64,000 nucleotides of DNA, taken from assembly GCA_964187785.1 (NCBI GenBank), contig OZ076421.1, positions 47,306,001 to 47,370,000 of the forward strand, written 5' to 3'. The stretch comes from Amphiscolops sp. MND2022 (taxonomy: Eukaryota). Shown here in pieces: positions 12,600 to 25,376 of the stretch; position 1 is the first letter of the stretch, and the number at the start of each line of letters is the position of its first letter. The notes under the pieces were generated by a model. That model ran no database searches and was not told the DNA's origin. It worked only from the letters and a program-made list of their open reading frames with translations. A program made the translations under genes and the position numbers.

Positions 12600-14130
12600 C
12601 ACCTGGTTCGATTCTCGTGTCTTCTAATAATTGCTCTACATGCTCCTTGGTGAAAAATTCCGCCTTCACTCTGTCAGCCGGTCTTGTTGGGCATTCCGGT
12701 CGCTGTGCTCTAGTTGTTGTTCCGCATTGAAGTGCGGCGTCCGCGGCCAAATCCAGAGCATTTGGTTGAGATCGCTATTGCTGTAGTGTCTGTTACTGCT
12801 CTTCCAATAAGCACAGTGCTTTTCATTGGCTCTTCTACTTCGTTAATATGTTGGGAAGTCGATTTACTCTTGAGACATCACAGGAAGCGTTAAGTTTCAG
12901 ATAGATAATCCAGTAATCTGTGGCTCGTACTGTATAGTTAGTCTCCATTACAGCTCTTTGGGGTTCGTAAAAGCTCTGTAATTCGAATGTTGTCTTTGGG
13001 AAATCACAAAAAGATGTTCGCTAACACCTTTGGCAGATCCACTCCACTTTTTTGCGGTCCAACTCGCAATCACTTTCTTAGAGGCGATATCCTGCAACTT
13101 TTAGTGTTTTTTTACATCGATAAGTTCCTTCTTCTGTTTTTTTTTCATTATCAGAATGACGCTATCTAGCCACGCCAGGTGCTTGATGTCAGCGTGGTGT
13201 CAGTTTTATCCTGGAAAAAAGTTGGAATGCTGGCAACTCCGGAAAAGTTTTTCAGGAAGCAGTGATATGCTCTGAAATTTCATCCGGTCACCGCGAAAGT
13301 TCATAAATCTCTTGTTCAGTGCAATCCGGAGGCAAAACTTTTGAAATCCTAATCGGTTGTTCTGGGCCAATTGCGAACCGTCTCGAGAATCGCAACAGCC
13401 ATATGGCGTTTTTGAGTTCAGTTATATCTTCACCGACTTGTCTTGTATGTGGATCGGCATAGGACTACTTTTTTGTTGGTTACTTCTTGTTAATACCAGC
13501 AGTTGTATAATTAGGTGATGCCTTCGAATTCGGTACTTGCGTTTCTTTTACCTTCGAATTTCGTCTCTTTTTTGTTTACATCCCGATGGCTAGTATTCAA
13601 CTATCTAAAGGGTGGTGTTGCTGAAGCATTGTTTTGTATTAGCGTAGCCAGTGAAATACTAGTCGTCATGGTTTGGAATGGAATTCCAATTCTGTCATGT
13701 CGTTTACTGGATTCAATTGTTTGTTTAATTTAGTTTATTCTCTCTTGTTATGTTGTTTTGAATAACAAATCAGAGTCACCGGATGATTTCCCTATCAAAC
13801 AAAAAAGTGTTGATGCTAAAAACTCAACCGGTATACTTCCTTCATTTTCACTGTACTCTTCAATATCTAATAGACCCACCCTTGAATCCGCCGCCGATTC
13901 GCTAGGATCCCGTTGTATCCCAAAAAACCTGCGCTGCTGTGTCATTCGGGTCTTTTGGAATGAGTGTAGGCAAAAAACATAGGTGATATATCGAAAGTGT
14001 TGGCGGTTCATTTTCCCTTACGTTTTCGTCATTTCAGCAATGTCTGGGTGCTCAATGGCCCATACGAAGATATATATTTTCTCTGTTTCTTACTGTTGAC
14101 GGTACGGCTATATATAGTAGTTTTTTGCCG
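12600..14130 (-). pseudogene. Degenerate Gypsy protease-RT remnant
   Basis: Minus-strand frames give DVNKKETKFEGK (protease region), DKSVKI*LNS, SIPTFFQDK, LAWLDSVIL and AGYRL*ESDCELDRKKVEWI, matching the plus-strand remnant at 17.8-18.9 kb. Confidence 0.75.
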
Positions 14131-14174
14131 GTTCTCTAGTCGAGGTCCTCTGTAATTTTTAGTCGGCGTTTTCG

Positions 14175-14488
14175 AAGAAAATCCCGACTCTTACAGTGGC
14201 TAGTTTTTTTTCGTCAGCTCAACGCGAACGTCCACTTTTTGTGCATTAAGGCAATTAATGCACATTTACCAATTTTTACCATATGTACTTAGTACTCCAT
14301 TTTCAACGCATCCAAAGCGTCTAACATGAGATAAAAAGCGTCCCCCCTTTTACATTTTTCGGCACTAAATTTTTTTCTCAATTTTTAGTTTTTTGAGAGC
14401 TTTTGTTGTCTCCAGTTGTAGAAAAAGTGGTTTTCGAGTCTTTTTGAGCCTTAGATATGGCACCGACTTGGGCCGTTCCCGGCTTGTT
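14175..14488 (+). mobile_element. Dispersed repeat family, copy 2 (duplicated at ~15960-16273)
   Basis: ATCCCGACTCTTACAGTGG ... AGATATGGCACCGACTTGGGCCGTTCCCGGCTTGTT. Confidence 0.65.
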
Positions 14489-14683
14489 ATCTATTGCGTG
14501 AAGCCAGGGTTTTGCATCAGTGCAGATCAATGTTTCTGCTACTAACGTATTGAAGAGGCTTTGTTTGCGTGTCTTGTCGACCGTCTCTAACGTTTGACTC
14601 TCTAACGTAATTTCTTGTGAAAACGCCTTTCGGAAGGATTTACACCGCAACAAGCTTCCCGTGCTGACAACCCAGGGCAACCC

Positions 14684-15038
14684 ACCGGTGGCCACCGCAC
14701 TTCCCATCGCAGCCCCACCGGTGGCCACCGCGGTGGCCATGACACATTTGGTGGTGGTCAGGGGTGGACCATTGGTGGCCACTTGAGGTAGAAAATTTAT
14801 CCCCACGGTGGCTACCAGAAAATGGGTTATTACTGGTGAAACCACAGGAATAAGATCTAGAAATATCGAAAAACCACTGAAATGAGATCTGAAATCACTG
14901 AAAAACCCACTGAAATACGTCTAAAAGTACCAAAAAAACCACTGGAACAAGATTTGAAATCACTGAAAAAACCACTGGCTTAGGTCTGAACTTACAGAAA
15001 AACTACCGGACTACGATCTAAAATTACAGAAAAAACAC
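14684..15038. repeat. GGTGGCCACC palindrome cluster plus degenerate ACCACTGAAA short-repeat array (duplicated at ~16469-16823)
   Basis: Repeated CCACCGGTGGCCACCG / GGTGGCCA motifs, then several ~33-35 bp degenerate units containing ACCACTG. Confidence 0.7.
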
Positions 15039-16823
15039 TGTGACAAGTGGTATACGGTTTATCCGTTAGATTGACCCTTATCGCACTTTGGGTTACAAAC
15101 ATAGTCTGAAGCTATGAGTTGTCAGTAAACAAACTCAGAAAACAGTTTAAATTGCCTACATACATTATCGCATTTTAGTTAGTACAGTACAGTTGCTAAA
15201 TTGAAAGCATGATATTTTATACTCTTTTTACAACCCAGTCTTAGAATACTACTTTTTTGTTGGTTACTTCTTGTTAATACCAGCAGTTGTATAATTAGGT
15301 GATGCCTTCGAATTCGGTACTTGCGTTTCTTTTACCTTCGAATGTCGTCTCTTTTTTGTTTACATCCCGATGGCTAGTATTCAACTATCTAAAGGGTGGT
15401 GTTGCTGAAGCATTGTTTTGTATTAGCGTAGCCAGTGAAATACTAGTCGTCATGGTTTGGAATGGAATTCCAATTCTGTCATGTCGTTTACTGGATTCAA
15501 TTGTTTGTTTAATTTAGTTTATTCTCTCTTGTTATGTTGTTTTGAATAACAAATCAGAGTCACCGGATGATTTCCCTATCAAACAAAAAAGTGTTGATGC
15601 TAAAAACTCAACCGGTATACTTCCTTCATTTTCACTGTACTCTTCAATATCTAATAGACCCACCCTTGAATCCGCCGCCGATTCGCTAGGATCCCGTTGT
15701 ATCCCAAAAAACCTGCGCTGCTGTGTCATTCGGGTCTTTTGGAATCAGTGTAGGCAAAAAACATAGGTGATATATCGAAAGTGTTGGCGGTTCATTTTCC
15801 CTTACGTTTTCGTCATTTCAGCAATGTCTGGGTGCTCAATGGCCCATACGAAGATATATATTTTCTCTGTTTCTTACTGTTGACGGTACGGCTATATATA
15901 GTAGTTTTTTGCCGGTTCTCTAGTCGAGGTCCCCTGTAATTTTTAGTCGGCGTTTTCGAAGAAAATCCCGACTCTTACAGTGGCTAGTTTTTTTTTCGTC
16001 AGCTCAACGCGAACGTCCACTTTTTGTGCATTAAGGCAATTAATGCACATTTACCAATTTTTACCATATGTACTTAGTACTCCATTTTCAACGCATCCAA
16101 AGCGTCTAACATGAGATAAAAAGCGTCCCCCCTTTTACATTTTTCGGCACTAAATTTTTTTCTCAATTTTTAGTTTTTTGAGAGCTTTTGTTGTCTCCAG
16201 TTGTAGAAAAAGTGGTTTTCGAGTCTTTTTGAGCCTTAGATATGGCACCGACTTGGGCCGTTCCCGGCTTGTTATCTATTGCGTGAAGCCAGGGTTTTGC
16301 ATCAGTGCAGATCAATGTTTCTGCTACTAACGTATTGAAGAGGCTTTGTTTGCGTGTCTTGTCGACCGTCTCTAACGTTTGACTCTCTAACGTAATTTCT
16401 TGTGAAAACGCCTTTCGGAAGGATTTACACCGCAACAAGCTTCCCGTGCTGACAACCCAGGGCAACCCACCGGTGGCCACCGCACTTCCCATCGCAGCCC
16501 CACCGGTGGCCACCGCGGTGGCCATGACACATTTGGTGGTGGTCAGGGGTGGACCATTGGTGGCCACTTGAGGTAGAAAATTTATCCCCACGGTGGCTAC
16601 CAGAAAATGGGTTATTACTGGTGAAACCACAGGAATAAGATCTAGAAATATCGAAAAACCACTGAAATGAGATCTGAAATCACTGAAAAACCCACTGAAA
16701 TACGTCTAAAAGTACCAAAAAAACCACTGGAACAAGGTTTGAAATCACTGAAAAAACCACTGGCTTAGGTCTGAACTTACAGAAAAACTACCGGACTACG
16801 ATCTAAAATTACAGAAAAAACAC

Positions 16824-17035
16824 TGTGACAAGTGGTATACGGTTTATCCGTTAGATTGACCCTTATCGCACTTTGGGTTACAAACATAGTCTGAAGCTAT
16901 GAGTTGTTAGTAAACAAACTCAGAAAACAGTTTAAATTGCCTACATACATTATCGCATTTTAGTTAGTACAGTACAGTTGCTAAATTGAAAGCATGATAT
17001 TTTATACTCTTTTTACAACCCAGTCTTAGAATACA
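16824..17035 (+). repeat. Short Gypsy 5' LTR (212 bp; duplicate at 15039-15249)
   Basis: TGTGACA...TTAGAATACA with TG..CA ends, followed by a PBS and gag remnant. Confidence 0.7.
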
Positions 17036-17038
17036 ATA

Positions 17039-17048
17039 TGGCGCAGTC
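17039..17048 (+). promoter_or_regulatory. Primer binding site, tRNA-Ser-like
   Basis: TGGCGCAGTC three bases after the LTR end; same start as the tRNA-Ser PBS of 17.6/297-type Gypsy elements. Confidence 0.6.
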
Positions 17049-17072
17049 AGCCAATTTTTAAATTGAAAAAAA

Positions 17073-18950
17073 TATGACTGAGAAAAACATAGGAGCAAAG
17101 GCTTCGGATGGAAACGCGGTGTTTACACCACGACAGTGGTTAGAACGATTCCGGCAGTTCACGGAACGGGAACACAAAATAGACATTGCACCACTTATAA
17201 AAGGGGACGAAATGACCGATATCTAAATATATGACAGCAATCATAGACTAGAAACTGTGATACAAACTGATGAAAGAGAAAACATCAGAACTGAAGACGA
17301 CGATCGAGCTGATCAAACAGCACACTTACGAGAAGAACAAGGAAAACACAATACCGGAGGCAATAATTTCGTCAAAAAAACATGTGATAAAAAAGAACCG
17401 ATACAAAGAATGGAAAGATTCGGTGCGCGAACGAAAAATAGACCGACAGGAAAAAGACCATGCAGATTCTGCAGAGTATCAAATTGGACACAACTACAAA
17501 ATTTTCCAGCGATGGAAACAAATTGTTTCAAATTCGGGAAAAGAGGACACTATGCCAAAGTGTGCAGACAAAAATTCTTCCAATAACCGAACAGTGCAAA
17601 AACTAACCGAGGAAGAAATTGATGACCCAAGTGAAACATCAAGTGAATCAAACGAAAGCATCCACCACATACAAGAAATAAAGGAAATCGAAAAGAAAAA
17701 CAAGCACTATACGGCAACAGTAAAGATAAATGGGAAAAAGAAAAAATTTATAATCGACATCGGATCACCGATAACAATAATGCCGCCGGTCGAAGAAATC
17801 CTAATATCAACCGGATTACAGAAAATAGAAACAAACACCAAGATGTAAAACAAACGAAGTAAACTTCCTGGGAAAAATTCCGGTAAATCTAGAATACGAA
17901 AATAACAGACAAAATGTGGAATTGTTGATAATCGAAAGAACAGACAAATCACTTTTACTCGGAATGGACTGGATGAAGAAGTTCAAATTAACAATTGGTA
18001 GAATACAATTGGCCGAGAGCAACCAATCAGAACGCGGGAAAGTATTAAACAGATTTCCGGATTTTTTTGAAAACAACGAAACAATAAAAGATACCGAGAT
18101 AAACATCCAACTGAAACCAAGACACTACCCAATAAAACAAAAAGCTAGACTGGTACCTCTACATCTACTAGAAGATGTGGGACGGGAATTAGAGAAGCTG
18201 ATCAAATACGGACATCTAGAAACAATAAACGACGGGGATGAAGATTGCTTTGTATCACCGGTGTTAATAACTGTAAAAAGTGATAAATCGGTAAAAATAG
18301 CATTCGACTCACGGAAACTAAATGACAGTTTCATTAAAACGAGACCACATATGCCGAACATGGAGACGTTACTAAACCTAATTTCGGTAGACATCACCCG
18401 TGATCGAACAGCACAACTAATCATATCAAAAATAGATTTAGACTACGCATACGGTCAGATGAAACTATCCGAAGAAACAAGCCGACAATGCGTATTCGCA
18501 CCGTCGAGAAATTCAGCGGATACTACCGATTCAAAAAGGGGTTCTACGGTCTTGCCGATATACCCACAATATTTCAAGAGAAAATTGACTGGACACTTGA
18601 ATACAGTACACCGGCATGGTAAGATGATATAAACGTCGTAACCGGGGAAGAAAACATATTACGAAAGAAAATTATTTGACATTTTGAACACACTAGAGAA
18701 GGTGGGATACGGAGCAAGTAAAAGAAAGTCCGAATTCTACATGAGCCAAACAAAATGGCTGGGACACGAAATTGAAGAAAACAGAATTGAACCGAATGAA
18801 GAAAACGTGGAAGTGATACTACAACTAAAACCACAGGAAAATACAAAAGAACTGAAATCATTTCTCTGAGCAATACAATACATGGCTAAATTCCTACCGA
18901 AACTTTTGGAACGGACAGTCCGATTTAGAAACCTTCTGAAGAAAAAAACC
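17073..18950 (+). pseudogene. Gypsy gag-protease-RT remnant, 3'-truncated
   Basis: Zn-knuckle remnant (CFKFGKRGHYAKVC), protease IDIGSPITI, RT DKSVKIAFDSRKLN / KIDLDYAYGQMKL / KSEFYMSQTKWLGH; many frameshifts and stops. Confidence 0.9.
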
Positions 18951-20220
18951 CATCACGAGCTTCCTTCCGTAGTGACGCCAATGCGACTCGATCCTGACTA
19001 CTACCAGAAGCTTCAAGTGACCGGTTGTACTCATTCAAGGGAACTGCTGTACTCGGGAATAGAAGCTGTAGGACCGATATGCGCATCCTCGATATCTGTA
19101 CTAGCCTGGAAGCTAATACCGCTACTTCCAGTCATTATAGCTCTACTGGCGTAACTTTCACAGTAGCTTCCGAGCGGACATACGTCACTGTACATGGAGT
19201 CCCCAACTGTTGAAGGTAAAGTCTAAGCGCGTCTGAACTTACCGGAATCAAAAGTTCTCCACGGCTTGGTTGAGTGGCGGTTCCAGAAGGTATTCGCGAG
19301 GCCCGCTGTTATAACCCGCTCATCATCTCTAAAGAAGCAGGGGCAATCTTATCACAAGCCATCCGCATCAGGTTGTAAACCCCACCCGGTCATCACTGAA
19401 GAAGAAAATAGTATGGTCCTTTGAGAGTGTAACGGGCATATTCCATTCAAAGTACGTTTTCAAGAGGCACCTGCTAAATCCACTGAGCAACCTGATATTG
19501 GGGAAGAAATCGAGGGAATTAAAGACAGCGTTACCACGGTTATCATCAATTTCAGACTGGTTTGCATCCGGATTATCAGTCCCGAAATCCTCAAGGAGCA
19601 TCTGTGGCTGTCGCGTATGGTGGCGAACGGCACAGCAGGACTCCCCAGAAATTTCAACTGATTTCTAAGGGCTTCAGCGAAAAAGGGTCCGTGCACTGGC
19701 AATCGAGTGCACTCGCTGAAACTGAGAACATCATAATCGCCCTCTCCGAAGCAGTCACGGGCGAAAGCAGAGCTTGTGGCAGCGGACCGCAGTGGCGAGA
19801 ATACTTTTGCAGTTGGAGCAGGCAATTAGTGGGCTGGGGCAGAAGTTGAAGCTTCACCAATAAAGGTTACTTCATTTTGTCCGATTTCCTTACTCGCAAA
19901 AGACACAGTTTTTGGTGGGTCTGGCTGGGATTCGAAGTTGACCGCCTGACAAACTGGAGTGGTGGTTTCACACGCCTGTTCGCCTTCATAGACTCAACTT
20001 GACTCACGTAATTGCGAGCATAATGGTTCACATCGTCTTCTGGACCTCCTTTGGATTGTGAAATTATGCGCTTGTCCGAAGGCTGACTATTGGAAACAAG
20101 TGCACTGAGCTCTCTCGATTTCTTTCAGATTCAGACTGCGAGTTCTCCATTGAAGACAACTTGATTTTCTTCTGGAGAGACATACCCAAACGAAAAGGAA
20201 TAAATTTGCGCGGAATCCAT
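18950..20220 (-). pseudogene. Decayed 5' part of the antisense accessory gene
   Basis: Start context GCGGCAAAATGGATTC vs GCGGTAAAATGGATTC in B. Peptides EDDVNHYA, VYNLMRMACD and LGSYCES match B EDVNAYA, VYHLLRVLSD and FGES. Stops and frameshifts present. Confidence 0.7.
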
Positions 20221-21130
20221 TTTGCCGCACTAAGAGCTTCCGGAAGCCAAACAGAAATTAGAATTTTTTCCACGTGCCAAAGACGTGTATTTTTGATGTA
20301 GGAAGTAGCTAATGTGGTAAGGCCCTGATCAAGCTAAAACTACATGACAAAATACGTCAAAAGGAATTTCACCTGGAACAGGAAATGACAAAAAGAGTGG
20401 ACCGGAAATGGATCTGATTCTTCACGGCGACGAAAGGTTGATAAGCCGTACAGATATATTCGGAAAGCGAAGTGGAAGCTTGAGGTAACCCAATCTAAAG
20501 GTACCAGGAGAGAAGGTGAGGTAAAACTCGGTAGTTAGGAATGAGTTGGGAGGAAAAACCTGGGACAAAAATCCCAACAAATAGAGTATACATGTTTGAG
20601 TGTGTTTAAGTGTGCTGAGTCTGCGATCGAAGCACACTCTGGCTTGTCTTTGCAATGTCTTTTTGGAGAGAGGAGGACAAAAGACATTAAATTTGTACGA
20701 AAACGCACAGTTCAAAGAAAATGGCGAGAATTATTTCGACATAGAATAGTTTTAGTTAGTTAGTTACTTAGTTGATAAAATCCAACAATGTATCAAAAGA
20801 ACCTGATCGCTGAGAAGAGAAGGAAGCTGATGTAAAAAAAATTTTTAAATAATCACTTCAGATTCAGTAGATGAGGTGATGATGTGTGCTAAACAGCTCA
20901 GAGAGTAGCTGAAGAGGATTGAGGTGTTGTTATGAAACCCTCGAGTTATGGTGAGACCGGTACTTGAAGTTCCATTCAGAAGGAACTTTGAAAAACAATT
21001 TAGGCCGCATCAACAACTTGGTGGACAACAAAGACGCGGGGATCTAGTGCGGGAAAACTGAAAAAAAGTGTACACCCCGCGTCGGGGACGTGTGAGTAGG
21101 AACACTTATTCCTGATTTGAAGACGATACA

Positions 21131-22019
21131 GTGCAGTTGCTTCCTGAAGCGAAATTGCAGAGAAACTGCAAAGATAAAGTTGACGCTCAATTATACCTTG
21201 AGTCAGTGCAGGAGTCAATGTACTCGGAATTAATCACAATTTCCAGTGATGAGGAAGACATCTTTTGCGACGGTGTCTCTGTAATCTCCTTTGAACTTGA
21301 AGAGAACATGATCGATGTGGAGGCCCAGCTAATCGCAATGAATCTTGACGCTGAGTTATCGACACCTGTGAATGTCTGAGGCCGACAGATGACCGTAGAA
21401 GACTAAGATGTGTATGCCTCTACCTCAACACCCATGTACTGCGGAGGGCCCTACTCTGGCTATCAACCTCTCGGGAGAAGCAACCTGGACAACAGGCAAC
21501 AAGAAGGAAGAACAGTTGGGACACCAATCAATGGTGGCTTGCAGTATCCTAATACCATTTGTGGAGGACACACCTTTGTCGCCACCCGTTCAAGAGAGGA
21601 CTCATGAACACCCCTCTTAATGACTTCCTAGTACCGTGCAATCAACCCGATAAAGTGCCCGTGGCAGTGCAAACGTCTTGCTGCAAGTAAGTGAGTCTCT
21701 ACTAGTTCCGTCAGCTCCCCGTCCGACGCCAATGCACACAAAAAACGTGATGCCTTTTCCTGCTCGACAACCGCCCAAATGTTCAATGGTGCAGTCCAGG
21801 GGAATGATCTGTGGCAAGCCATATGAGCAGATAGCAGAGAAAATAGTGATCGACTTCATTCGGCACACAGAGTACCCGGGTGGCCCTCATTACGTCAAGG
21901 AGGCGAGGAGAAGAGCGTTCATCGAGCGAATGCACGCCGCGAAATACCTTTTAATTTCTCGGGGAGTGTCACAGGCGGCCGCCTGTGATGGCCTCGTCTA
22001 CGCAGTTCGTTCCCCATGA
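21131..22019 (+). pseudogene. Decayed ORF-X homolog reading into the LTR
   Basis: ITISSDEED, IPFVEDTPLSPPVQER and ICGKPYEQIAE...RRRAF...VSQAAACDG match B 57781-58580. Confidence 0.75.
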
Positions 22020-23164
22020 GCGATAATGACAAACGCTACACCTTCCAGCCTGCCGCTCCGAACGCCGAAGAAACCCTACAAACCGTGAAATTGTTCACAA
22101 TAAACATATGTTGACTTCTGTACTGCCATACGCTTACAATTCAATTTGCACGTAGCTTTGATTGAATTAATTCATGCGAAATGTCAGCCCGTGTGCCCTT
22201 GTGACACCGCGCGATATGGTCATTATATTCACCTGGATGGCACACCTTTTAGCATATGATAATGAGTTTCACCTATAAATGTCAAATAGCTGATATTAAC
22301 TAGCTAACCTCACCATTAAAGGTGCTACTGTATAGTGACTTAATATACAAATAGCTCTGAGCTATTTACAGAAAGGGGTGTCAGAATAATCCCTTTGATG
22401 GCGGCATAACAACCAGCAGTCGGTCTAGACCGCTTCTCCATGATAATACTATAAACTGAAGGTCTACCAATGACGTCACAGACCTGNNNNNNNNNNNNNN
22501 NNNNNNNNNNNNNNNNNNNNNNNNNNNNNNNNNNNNNNNNNNNNNNNNNNNNNNNNNNNNNNNNNNNNNNNNNNNNNNNNNNNNNNNNNNNNNNNNNNNN
22601 NNNNNNNNNNNNNNNNNNNNNNNNNNNNNNNNNNNNNNNNNNNNNNNNNNNNNNNNNNNNNNNNNNNNNNNNNNNNNNNNNNNNNNGCATTGGTGAGTTT
22701 TATCTAAAAGATAGCGAAATAGATAAAATGACAGTTTTTTCAAACATGCTTGATAGGGAAGATAATGACGATATTGGTTTCGTGAGAGGAAATTCTTCTC
22801 AAGAAAATGAGATTAGATTCATGCCTGAAAATAGGGATAATCGAGACATTTCAAAAGACATGGAGACACTGACTGGAGAAATGAACCTAAGGGTCTCGCA
22901 AGAGATAAGTAGCTTGCTAAACGGAGTAAGTTCACAGAGAGAAAGTGCGATTAGTACTGCTGTATCAGAGAGAATCATTACCCAAATGCAGGACGTTTTT
23001 GAAACGGTATCAGCCAGACCGTTGGGAAGTGTCCCTGGAATGTCTTATCATAATTCAGAAAATGATGTGCGTAGCCTAAACAAGAATAACTTAGCGAACA
23101 GGAACTTTCATTCTCACAAAAATTTGTCTGAAACTGAGGTGGAAAGTCCTTACAAACAGTCACA
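21967..23164 (+). repeat. LTR of the third element (spans the gap; right end uncertain)
   Basis: TGTCACAGGCGGCCGCCTGTGATGG start, homologous to the B LTR start. Post-gap frame LTGEMNLRVSQEISSLLNGVSSQRESAISTAVSERI matches the LTR-encoded gag N-terminus of B. Confidence 0.55.
22487..22686. other. Assembly gap (200 N)
   Basis: Run of N. Confidence 1.
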
Positions 23165-24111
23165 TTTTTGAACTTATCTCTCAATCAAGTTTCCCCTAGA
23201 CGAGTAGACTTCACAATGAGGTGTCGAATCTTTAACATCTTTAACAAAGGGTGCACTTTTGGGGGATTTGCTTGGTATCGGGTTAGAATAGTTCTATTTC
23301 AAAGCAATTTTTGGGAATGGTTGGTTGTCAGTTGCCAATCAAACTGTCTTCGTGGTTTAGTTGAACAGAACTACAGAAAACTATTAAAAAACTTTTCCGA
23401 TTGACAGTTTTTCCTATTCGTGACCGGTTTTAAGATATTTGTTTTTGAAATTGGCAATTTTGAGCAATGCGATATACTACAACGTTATTGTACTGTAGTA
23501 TGTACTAGGTGAACGCGTAAAAACGTTTGAGCTCTCAAAGTTTCCAAAAAATGTCTACAAATGTTTCAAAACATCTCGAAAAGTTGCAATTCAGTTCGTC
23601 AGTTATTCAATTTAACAACTTTTCTTCGAAGCAAATGAACTTTCACTAATGAAAATTGTGAAAGAAATGACTGGTAAAGACGTCTGGACTTTTTCTGAAA
23701 GTTCTGATTCTTTATTGTTGAAGAGTTGATTACGTAATGAGAGGATGATTGACAGAGAAAGTGAAAGATTATCAGTGTCTTGTTCACCAATACATTGCGA
23801 TTTTGAAGAGTGAATACTTTGTGCGGTCCGTGTTTTTGGTTCACCAAATATCTCTTTCCATAAATGGTGGTTGCTGAACTAGTCCATTGCAGTTGATGTG
23901 TCAATTGATTCACTTTGTGGTACAAAAGTTTCGCTACTCTAGAGGTTACTCGACCTTGCAACCAATCTACAAGAGAATTAGTTTAGTCTAAATTGGGGTC
24001 ACATTCAAATTGGTGTCTAGACTAACTCAAAACAGCTTCAAATTAGGGTTCACAGTTTAGTATTCTCCTGGCATTTGTAAGCAAGCAGCTATGTACATGA
24101 ATGGCCATGAC

Positions 24112-24533
24112 TGTTGCATGCATGTGCATGTAAGGACAGCGATGCAAGTCAATGTGTGCAGCCAGCCTAGGGCAAGAAACCCGCTGAGAATTGCCTCTAA
24201 TTTGGTCTCAATTCCAAATCAAGATGCCCGAAGTGCCATTTACCTGAACTGACAAGCTACCTCTATGGATAATACCTTCACCCCTGAAGTACCTTCAATA
24301 TACATACGCTGAGGGGTAAGAGGTAAGAGGGGGGTCGGTTTTGAAGGAATGCAATAAATAATCACTTCTCAGTTCCGAGTCGGTGTGACTTATGGAAGAA
24401 CCTGCAAGGACAAGTAAGCATCAGCTGTTATCAGTCTAGTCCCACTCCAATAAAAGTCTGGTAGGGATTTTCGAAGTAAGTTCGATTGCTTTCTATATTG
24501 CTACTCCTGACTAACCGGACAACATCCCCCCCC
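24112..24533 (-). mobile_element. Probable isolated 3' LTR with PPT on the minus strand
   Basis: Minus strand reads GGGGGGGGA|TGTTGTCC from 24533; TGTTG...CAACA 5-bp inverted ends at 24112 and 24524. No matching second LTR seen. Confidence 0.4.
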
Positions 24534-25011
24534 TAAAAAACACAGAGAAATGAAACCCCCCTCAACCACCAAACAGCCAGCGGAGTGGCAGTAATGAGTG
24601 ACATTGTGTGTTCTCTGCAGCAGAACATGCTCGCTATTTATGGCAACTTGCCAATAATGAGGTCTTCGCTCTTTGCCTGTTCAGTTAACACTCCACTTGT
24701 TAGCCAAATGTCAAAAACAGTGGAAATTTTGGAAGGGAGAGAAAAAAAGGAGATCAATACATTTCATGAATAATTGTCGCAACATGACAAACTGTTCGAG
24801 CAAAATCAAGGCATTTATTAGCAATTTTTCATTGATTTCTAGTCAGCGCTTCATGAAGTGAAACGCAACTATTATAGTGACTCTTTTTTCAATCCACACA
24901 AACTGATCAAAATAGTTCTACAAAGTTCTACGAAAATTTATGGTGTCAAATTGAATCATTTGGCCTAGCGAACTGAGCCAATAAGGTTTTTCCTGTTTTT
25001 CCGCGTAACAT

Positions 25012-25376
25012 ACAGTACCGGGTCAGACTGAAGGGTCCCCTTTCAGCTTTTTTAGGCATTTTGAAACATTTTTTTCAAAACTTTTTTTCCGCCAATGATT
25101 CCCCTTCAATTTTATGTTGTTTGGCGACAGAATGGATGTTGAAAATCCCAAAAGGTCCCCCCTTTTAGTTTTTTCGGCACTGTGAGACTTTTTTGGAATA
25201 ACTTTTCTGCAACAATGGATGTTAAGAAATCCGAAATGGTTCCCCTTTTTAGCGCAACAATTCGCTCCAACTTTCGGGTTTTTCAGGTACTGTAAAAGAA
25301 TACTTGACACTTTGAGATTCTTTAGATATTTTTGAGCCTTAGATATGGCGCCGACTTATACCGTTCCCGGCTTGTT
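25012..25376 (+). mobile_element. Dispersed repeat family, copy 4
   Basis: AAGGGTCCCC motifs; 3' end AGATATGGCGCCGACTTATACCGTTCCCGGCTTGTT. Confidence 0.65.

Larger units (their letters stand above)
13464..17032. repeat. Direct tandem duplication, 2 x ~1784 bp (13464-15247, 15248-17032)
   Basis: Copies differ by only a handful of substitutions and 1-bp indels; ORF-track entries recur at +1784/+1785; AC microhomology at the junction. Confidence 0.97.
18950..23164 (+). mobile_element. 3' fragment of a third giant Gypsy element related to element B
   Basis: Same order of parts as B: antisense gene 5' part, spacer, sense ORF-X, LTR starting TGTCACAGG at 21967, then gag N-terminus-like coding after the gap. 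Confidence 0.75.

Noticed and set aside
12600-13460. Cys-containing minus-strand frames that looked like an env or viral glycoprotein remnant
   Set aside because: Other frames give clear Gypsy RT motifs (DKSVKI, IPTFFQDK, AGYRL..CEL).
14378-14845. 155-aa minus-strand ORF present twice
   Set aside because: Crosses unrelated repeat pieces, gains its composition from GGTGGCC repeats, and recurs only because of the tandem duplication.
14870-15038. ~34-bp periodic ACCACTG units as a CRISPR array
   Set aside because: Units are degenerate with no constant repeat plus unique spacers, there are no cas genes, and the context is eukaryotic.
22340-23171. ORFs spanning the N run
   Set aside because: Artefacts of translating through the gap; only the post-gap gag-like frame is supported.
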